This document shows positions 26,619-32,000 of a stretch of DNA of 32,000 nucleotides, in pieces. The stretch lies in assembly GCF_018336915.1 (NCBI RefSeq), contig NZ_CP064923.1, positions 1-32,000 of the forward strand. Direction: 5' to 3'. Below the pieces are notes generated by a model that did not search any database, was not told the DNA's origin, and worked only from the letters and a program-made list of their open reading frames with translations. Every line of letters starts with the position of its first letter. Position 1 is the stretch's first letter. The translations under genes were made by a program, and so were the position numbers. The DNA comes from Acaryochloris marina S15 (GTDB taxonomy: Bacteria > Cyanobacteriota > Cyanobacteriia > Thermosynechococcales > Thermosynechococcaceae).

Positions 26619-27444
26619 TCACTTCCATAACAGCAGCCCAGCATAGAGGGTGCTTCCCCCAATAAACGACCAGAAACAGCTTTTGTTCTCATCCGGTAAT
26701 TCCCGTTTCAATATATTGAGGATGATGCTCCCAGCCAAAAATGCCCAGACCGTCGAAAGGGCGGCTTTGTCTAAATGGATGGCTTGACCTGCGACCGCAC
26801 CCCCCATAATCGCAGCTGTTAAAAACCAGCGTCCATAGCGGTCATAGGGGTGTTTATGATGCTCTCTTACTCCCATCCCAGCATAAGATTGGGTATTCAG
26901 ATTCTTGATAAATAAGAATTTCAATGATATTTAGATGCACGATCTTATGGCGGGAAGGGAGTAAGTTGTGATCGATGATGAAAAAGTGCAGAGCTACGGC
27001 GATAAAAAATAAGATGCACTCCATAAGGGTGTGGTCTTTCAACTCCTGGAGCAGATAGCCAGAAATGATATTCAAGACAGCAAATGCTGCTACATGAATC
27101 CAAAATACAACCGGAGTGGCCCGATCAATATTGTTCGCAGCCTGATTTAAGGTTCTAGATGTGGAGGCCCAGATATCCAGTCCATAGAAAACAAGCAGTC
27201 CTAAAAGCGCCAAGATATAGACGTGATTTTCTAGATAGGCGACCAAGGGAATGGCCGAATGCTCTAATTCTTTTTGGGCATGGCTCAGTTCTGGGAATAT
27301 TTCTAGAAAGACATAGCCAATGGAAACACCTCCGGCAAAAGAGATCCATCGATGTTCAGGAATGATTTTAGAGACATTCAGCTTGGAGACAAAGGCATGA
27401 ATAAACGCTAAACCTATGGCTAAGAGTAGACCGATCCCGTTCAT
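26619..27444 (-). pseudogene. 8-TM integral membrane protein (possible metal-permease-like) disrupted by a 92-bp MITE
   Basis: Two overlapping ORFs (26854-27444 and 26619-26924) in different frames. Deleting 26870-26961 plus one TA restores ...FFIIDHNL|REHHKHPYDRYGRWFL..., a 243-aa frame. Confidence 0.8.
26870..26961. mobile_element. 92-bp miniature inverted-repeat element (MITE) with a TA target duplication
   Basis: The TIRs are ctcccatcccagcataagat and the reverse complement of atcttatggcgggaagggag (17/20). It is flanked by TA (26868-26869 and 26962-26963), has an AT-rich non-coding core, and interrupts a reading frame. Confidence 0.8.
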
Positions 27445-27846
27445 GCTGCCCTCAATAGTGATCGAATTTGGGTAGAGAGTGATTCATCATGGCTGGACTA
27501 GAGCCGATGGTGGGGTCAGCCCTTTTCCTGACAAAACTGATGATTGCTCATCTGCTTCAGCCTGAGTATGAACGCCTGGTGTAGCACCTAGATGATAATT
27601 CGCTGAAGCCAGGTGATGAAGTGAGAAAGATTTGCCTGAACGTATGCTGAGTCTTGCTATCCCCACATCATTGCTTTGATAGATAAACAAAGATAATGAT
27701 GTTTTCATATCAGGAGTGTGGATGGGGGCAGCAACAGGTAGCTTGTGAAACGTAAGGCGGGTAGATTTAGGAGCATCCTACTGGGCCTTACAATTAGCCT
27801 GCAATGCGGTTTTGGTCTGTATCCCATAGGTAGTGTTTATGGCAAG

Positions 27847-28041
27847 ATGGAACTTTCTCAGCTCAAGTATTTTGTTGCGATCGCAAACCATGGCAGTTTC
27901 ACGAAGGCTGCGGAAACCTTTTATATGACCCAACCCTCTCTGTCGGCGGGAATTAAAAAGCTAGAGCAAGAATGAGGGGTGTTTTTACTAGAGCGGCGCT
28001 GGCGCGGAGTATGGTTTGATGAACACTTTCAAACGGTATAG
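27847..28041 (+). pseudogene. LysR-family transcriptional regulator remnant (HTH region only, with an in-frame TGA at 27973-27975)
   Basis: MELSQLKYFVAIANHGSFTKAAETFYMTQPSLSAGIKKLEQE-TGA-GVFLLERR... is the LysR N-terminal wHTH. The ~200-aa effector-binding domain is missing, because the VWA gene's 3' end follows at 28084. Confidence 0.8.
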
Positions 28042-28083
28042 GTCCGAACTGGCTCCGAAAGCAGCTTAAGAGAGATGCAGAGG

Positions 28084-29256
28084 TCATTGGGAAGCGGTGA
28101 CAATTTCTTCCTTCGCAGCCCATTGACCAATATCTTGCCGTTGGATTGCGGCGGCCATTAAATCGGCAAATTTATCAGGTGTACAGGCAAATGCAGGAAT
28201 GCCCAGAGTGGCAAACTTAGCGGCATTGCTATGGTCAAAATAAGGGGCACCGTCATCACTGAGAGCCAATAGCGTCACCATCTGCACCCCTGAGTTGACC
28301 AGGGAGGCAACCCGCTTGAGCATGGCCTCGCGATTCCCCCCTTCATATAGGTCGCTAATCAGCACCAAAATCGTTTCTTCTGGTTTGCGAATTAACCCCT
28401 GGCAGTAGCTTAAGGCTCGGTTGATATCTGTGCCGCCGCCCAGTTGGGTGCCAAACAACACATCCACCGGATCTTGCAGCAGATCGGTTAAGTCGACAAT
28501 AGCGGTGTCGAACACTACGAGCTGGGTTTTGACTGCGGGGAGGGAAGCCAGGACCGCTGCAAAAATACTGGCATAGACCACAGAAGTGGCCATCGAGCCG
28601 CTTTGATCGACACAGAGGACAATATCGCGGAGGGCTGAGCGCTTGCGACCAAAGCCAATACGAGTTTCAGGAATAATCGTGCGATACTCCGGTTGGTAAT
28701 GGCGCAGGTTAGCCCGAATGGTCCGGTGCCAGTCAATCTCGTGGTGTCGAGGGCGGCGATTGCGAATCGACCGATTTAGACTGCCCTGAACAGCCTGCTG
28801 CATGGGGTTAGAAAGCTGGCGTAGTAAGTCTTCGACCACTCGCTGCACTACTAGCCGAGCTGTCTCTTTGGTCTTACTGGGCATCACCTGACTGAGGGAC
28901 AGCAGATTGGCCACCAGATGAACATCCGGTTCCACAGCGGCGAGCATTTCTGGCTCTAACAGCATCTGCTGCAAGTTCAACCGTTCGAGGGCATCTTGCT
29001 GCATCACCCGGACAATAGAACTGGGAAAGTAGCTGCGAATATCCCCCAGCCAGCGAGCGACTTTGGGGGATGAGCCCCCTAATCCGCCTGATCGTTTTCC
29101 TTGGGATTCGTATAGGGCCGCTAAGGTCTGATCCATCGCCGTATCCTGGGAGTCGAGGGTTAACCCACCCTCTGCACCGATGCCATCGGCCTCGCCGCCC
29201 CCGAGAATTAGCCGCCAGCGTCGATTGCGTTCGGAACTATTCTGAGACTCTGCCAT
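28084..29256 (-). CDS. von Willebrand factor A (VWA) domain protein (CoxE-like type)
   Basis: 390 aa. IVLCVDQSGSM (MIDAS DxSxS) plus LISDLYEGG in the C-terminal half. The long helical N-terminal region is typical of VWA partners of MoxR-type ATPases. Confidence 0.85.
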   Translation of the reverse strand: MAESQNSSERNRRWRLILGGGEADGIGAEGGLTLDSQDTAMDQTLAALYESQGKRSGGLGGSSPKVARWLGDIRSYFPSSIVRVMQQDALERLNLQQMLLEPEMLAAVEPDVHLVANLLSLSQVMPSKTKETARLVVQRVVEDLLRQLSNPMQQAVQGSLNRSIRNRRPRHHEIDWHRTIRANLRHYQPEYRTIIPETRIGFGRKRSALRDIVLCVDQSGSMATSVVYASIFAAVLASLPAVKTQLVVFDTAIVDLTDLLQDPVDVLFGTQLGGGTDINRALSYCQGLIRKPEETILVLISDLYEGGNREAMLKRVASLVNSGVQMVTLLALSDDGAPYFDHSNAAKFATLGIPAFACTPDKFADLMAAAIQRQDIGQWAAKEEIVTASQ

Positions 29257-29287
29257 GACTGTCTATTGCAGAACGATACGACCCGGT

Positions 29288-30256
29288 CTATTCGGAAGAA
29301 GACGGTACCAATGTAGGGATGATATCAGCGGGGGGAGCGGTGTTGGAGTATAGGGTTTCTGAGGAAGCAATGTCATAGGCGGCATCCACCCAGACGAGCT
29401 GTACATCCGTGACTTGGTGATCTTGCAACGTCACTAGAGAGAAATTGCGCTGAAGCCCTTGCTCCGTTTTGATAATTCGCGGCACACAGGCGGCATTGAG
29501 ATAGACGGTGCCGGCTTCATCCACACAGAGTCGCTTGCGCTGGACGGCTTTGGTATGGCGCAAGTTGTGGTGCATATGGCCGAAGGTGACGAGGGGGACT
29601 CGTTTGCCGGTGGTTCTGGTGTTTGCGATCGCATCTCGCAAATCCGGGTCGCCAAAATCTCCACCCAACTGCTTCCAGTCCTTTCCACAGGGATCTTCCG
29701 CCTGGTCACCTAACCCAGAGGGACCATTATGTCCCAAAAAAATAATCGTTTCTGAAGGAGCTGTGGCGGCAGCGTTCGCAATTTGAGCGGTGGAGTCCTC
29801 AAAATTCTTGACGCCAAAGCGATCTCGATAAAATCCGGCACAGCGCCAGTCGGGTCCACCCCAGCTAAAAGGTCGCCCCCCCACTACGCTGAGGTCGAGT
29901 TGGGGAAAAGTCCGGTGGGCATAGCCTACATGGGCCTCTGCTAATAGATCTAATTGCTGCTGGACCCAGTCTTCCTTGCTGCGATCGTAGGGACAATTTT
30001 TAGTGCCCCAGGGCGTGGCGGTATACCAGGCATCATGGTTGCCAAAGGATGCGGCATAGGGCAGTTCTAGAGTGGAGACGGCCTGCACTACTTCCACCGC
30101 CTCATTGCCAAAATCCCCTACAAACAGGACTAAATCGACGCCGAGTTGTGCCAATGCCTTTGGATCCTCTTCATCCCAAGCGTCGTGAATATCCCCAATC
30201 ACAGCAATTTTGATGGATGGAGAACTAGCGAGAGAAGTAGAGAGTGGCTCAGTCAT
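29288..30256 (-). CDS. Calcineurin-like metallophosphoesterase (cyanobacterial TIGR04168-like)
   Basis: The motifs IGDIHD, VGDFGNE, GNHD, GHNGP and GHMHH appear in canonical order. Confidence 0.85.
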   Translation of the reverse strand: MTEPLSTSLASSPSIKIAVIGDIHDAWDEEDPKALAQLGVDLVLFVGDFGNEAVEVVQAVSTLELPYAASFGNHDAWYTATPWGTKNCPYDRSKEDWVQQQLDLLAEAHVGYAHRTFPQLDLSVVGGRPFSWGGPDWRCAGFYRDRFGVKNFEDSTAQIANAAATAPSETIIFLGHNGPSGLGDQAEDPCGKDWKQLGGDFGDPDLRDAIANTRTTGKRVPLVTFGHMHHNLRHTKAVQRKRLCVDEAGTVYLNAACVPRIIKTEQGLQRNFSLVTLQDHQVTDVQLVWVDAAYDIASSETLYSNTAPPADIIPTLVPSSSE

Positions 30257-30266
30257 TCATGGGGGG

Positions 30267-30650
30267 TTAGTCTTGGATATATTCTTGGTCTTGGGCCAGG
30301 GCAATTTCGGCCCGGATAAACTCGCGACCTAAATAAGCAGCGTGATCTAGCTGAGTCACCAGGCAGGTTTTCGGTTCTTCAAAGATAGCAATACAGAGTT
30401 CTTTTGCGGTCTTGGCCCGGAACTTAGCATCGGGTTTGCGTTCCACTTTTCCTCGACAAGATAAGGGTTCCCCCGTATCAGGGTCGACGGCTAAGCCTTT
30501 ATCGTTAATGTCATTGGCATAGTGATCCGCACAAATGGCTGGGGCCTGCCGATCGAGATAGATCAAAAAGTAGCCACCCGGATCTAAAGCAATAAAGCGT
30601 TGGGATAACTGGTTATTAATGGCAGCTTGATCGCTAACAATGGTGTTCAT
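30267..30650 (-). CDS. DUF4346-type protein (conserved in cyanobacteria and plastid lineages)
   Basis: 127 aa. LDPGGYFLIYLDR and QLDHAAYLGREFIRAEIAL resemble DUF4346. This is recalled, not searched. Confidence 0.6.
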   Translation of the reverse strand: MNTIVSDQAAINNQLSQRFIALDPGGYFLIYLDRQAPAICADHYANDINDKGLAVDPDTGEPLSCRGKVERKPDAKFRAKTAKELCIAIFEEPKTCLVTQLDHAAYLGREFIRAEIALAQDQEYIQD

Positions 30651-30731
30651 GAACTAAAAATGCCGAATGGGTAGGATGCGACTCCAAGATCCAGTCTAGT
30701 ACGTGAACTCCCATTAGGTGTAACGGTGTGC

Positions 30732-32000
30732 CTAGCTGTTGGCACTTGGGGCCATCGTGCCAGAATAGACCAACCCTTTTTTCATATCTAAGGTGAGGTG
30801 GGTGCCGTCCCGAATCATGCGGGTAGCATTCTCGACGCCAACGATCACCGGAATTCGTAAGCGCAGCCCCAATACGGCGGCATGACTGTCCATTCCTCCC
30901 ACTTCAGTGATGATACCGGCGGCTTTGCGAATGGCATCGACATGGCTAGCATCGGTTGCCTTCGCCACTAAAATATCGCCCCGGTGGAAGCCTTTAATAC
31001 CGTTGGGAGTGGTAATGACGCGGGCTAAGCCACTGACAGAGCCATTGCCAATGCCAATGCCTTGGCCCATAACGGCGGTGACAATCTCGACTTTGATAAA
31101 GTCCGTGGACCCCGCGACCCCCTGTAAGGTGCCTGCAGTCACCACCACTAAGTCGCCTTCTTCCACTAAGCCTTTTTCCTGGGCCACATTGAGAGAAGCT
31201 TGTAGCGTTTCATCAATAGAGGGCAAATTGAGGACCAGCAACGGCTGTACGCCCCAGACCATTTGTAATTGGCGAGCCACCTCTACGTGGGGCGTCACGG
31301 CTAAAATAGGGATATTAGGTCGATATTTGGAGACGTTTCGTCCAGTTGATCCAGTTTTGGTAAAGGTGAGAATAGCTTTGGCTTTGAGCTGAGCAGCGAT
31401 ATGGCCCACAGCTTGGCTAATCGCACTAGGGATGGCTGTTACGGATGTGTCTAGAGCAGTACTGGTATGAATGTTTTTCTCGTGATCAATCCGCTCTGCG
31501 ATTTTGGCCATAGTGGCCACAGCTTCCACAGGATAGTTGCCAACAGCGGCCTCATTGGAGAGCATGACTGCATCAGTGCCATCTAGAATGGCGTTGGCCA
31601 CATCAGAGACTTCTGCCCGCGTCGGCCTGGGAGAATTGACCATGCTGTCTAGCATTTGCGTGGCCGTAATCACAGGGATACCCAGACGGTTAGCCGTAGC
31701 GATTAACCGCTTTTGCAGAATTGGGACATCCTCTGCAGGCAGCTCAACTCCCAAGTCGCCCCGAGCAATCATCACCCCATCACAGAGACTGAGAATCTCT
31801 TCCATTTGGGTGATGGCTTCATGTTTTTCGATTTTGGCAATAACGGGGATAGATTTGCCTGCATTGGCGATGATTTCTTTAATTTCGATGACGTCTGCTG
31901 GGTTGCGGACAAAGCTGAGGGCAATCCAATCAACGCCATGGGTCAGGCCAAATTGTAGATCCTCTCGATCTTTATCGGTCAGGGCTTTGACGGATAAATA
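30732..32000 (-). CDS. pyk: Pyruvate kinase with a C-terminal PEP-utilizer mobile domain; the N-terminus lies outside the window
   Basis: The frame is open to the window edge (YLSVKALTDKDREDLQFGLTHGVDWIALSFVR...). MIARGDLGVE and ITATQMLDSM are PK core motifs. GGMDSHAAVLGLRLRIPVIVG is the PEP-utilizer swivel domain. Confidence 0.95.
   Translation of the reverse strand, partial: YLSVKALTDKDREDLQFGLTHGVDWIALSFVRNPADVIEIKEIIANAGKSIPVIAKIEKHEAITQMEEILSLCDGVMIARGDLGVELPAEDVPILQKRLIATANRLGIPVITATQMLDSMVNSPRPTRAEVSDVANAILDGTDAVMLSNEAAVGNYPVEAVATMAKIAERIDHEKNIHTSTALDTSVTAIPSAISQAVGHIAAQLKAKAILTFTKTGSTGRNVSKYRPNIPILAVTPHVEVARQLQMVWGVQPLLVLNLPSIDETLQASLNVAQEKGLVEEGDLVVVTAGTLQGVAGSTDFIKVEIVTAVMGQGIGIGNGSVSGLARVITTPNGIKGFHRGDILVAKATDASHVDAIRKAAGIITEVGGMDSHAAVLGLRLRIPVIVGVENATRMIRDGTHLTLDMKKGLVYSGTMAPSANS

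Noticed and set aside
27487-27708. A 73-aa minus-strand ORF just upstream of the membrane-protein gene
   Set aside because: It has no RBS, signal peptide or motif. It lies in the divergent promoter region between the LysR remnant and the operon, so it is likely non-coding.

Overview
About 30 kb of probable cyanobacterial chromosome. The assignment rests on at least 11 HIP1 octamers (GCGATCGC) in host genes, a long pentapeptide-repeat protein, a DUF4346-type protein and a pyruvate kinase with a C-terminal PEP-utilizer domain. The exact organism cannot be determined without a database search. I saw no rRNA, tRNA or CRISPR.

Gene content by region:
- 1-4.9 kb: the tail of an EAL-domain gene, followed by six separately spaced small enzyme genes on the minus strand.
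- 15.7-23 kb: ordinary genes, namely RidA, a secreted Gly-X-Y protein, an MnmC-type methyltransferase, a pentapeptide-repeat protein, a creatininase-family protein and an FAD monooxygenase.
- 23.8-27.4 kb: a minus-strand operon of an 8-TM membrane protein, a Rieske/ThDP fusion enzyme and a flavodoxin-like reductase.
- 28-32 kb: pyk, DUF4346, a metallophosphoesterase and a VWA protein.

The most notable feature is mobile-element damage that can be reconstructed to the base:
1. An IS1-family element with an A7 frameshift site sits 25 bp upstream of a lipoprotein gene.
2. There are three apparently identical copies of a 1486-bp ISKra4-like IS. All three carry the same in-frame TGA, which splits the transposase zinc ribbon.
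3. Copy 1 interrupts the paralogous lipoprotein gene with a 9-bp target duplication.
4. Copies 2 and 3, plus an inverted 73-bp end fragment, form a nested structure with an inverted 9-bp duplication. This looks like a fossil of intramolecular transposition.
5. An ISL3 element with a palindromic 8-bp duplication splits a secreted-protein gene.
6. A 92-bp MITE with a TA duplication frameshifts the first gene of the Rieske/ThDP operon. The divergent LysR gene next to it is also dead.

I found no clearly novel multi-gene system. The best functional candidates are the Rieske-ThDP fusion operon and the DUF4346-phosphoesterase-VWA trio.
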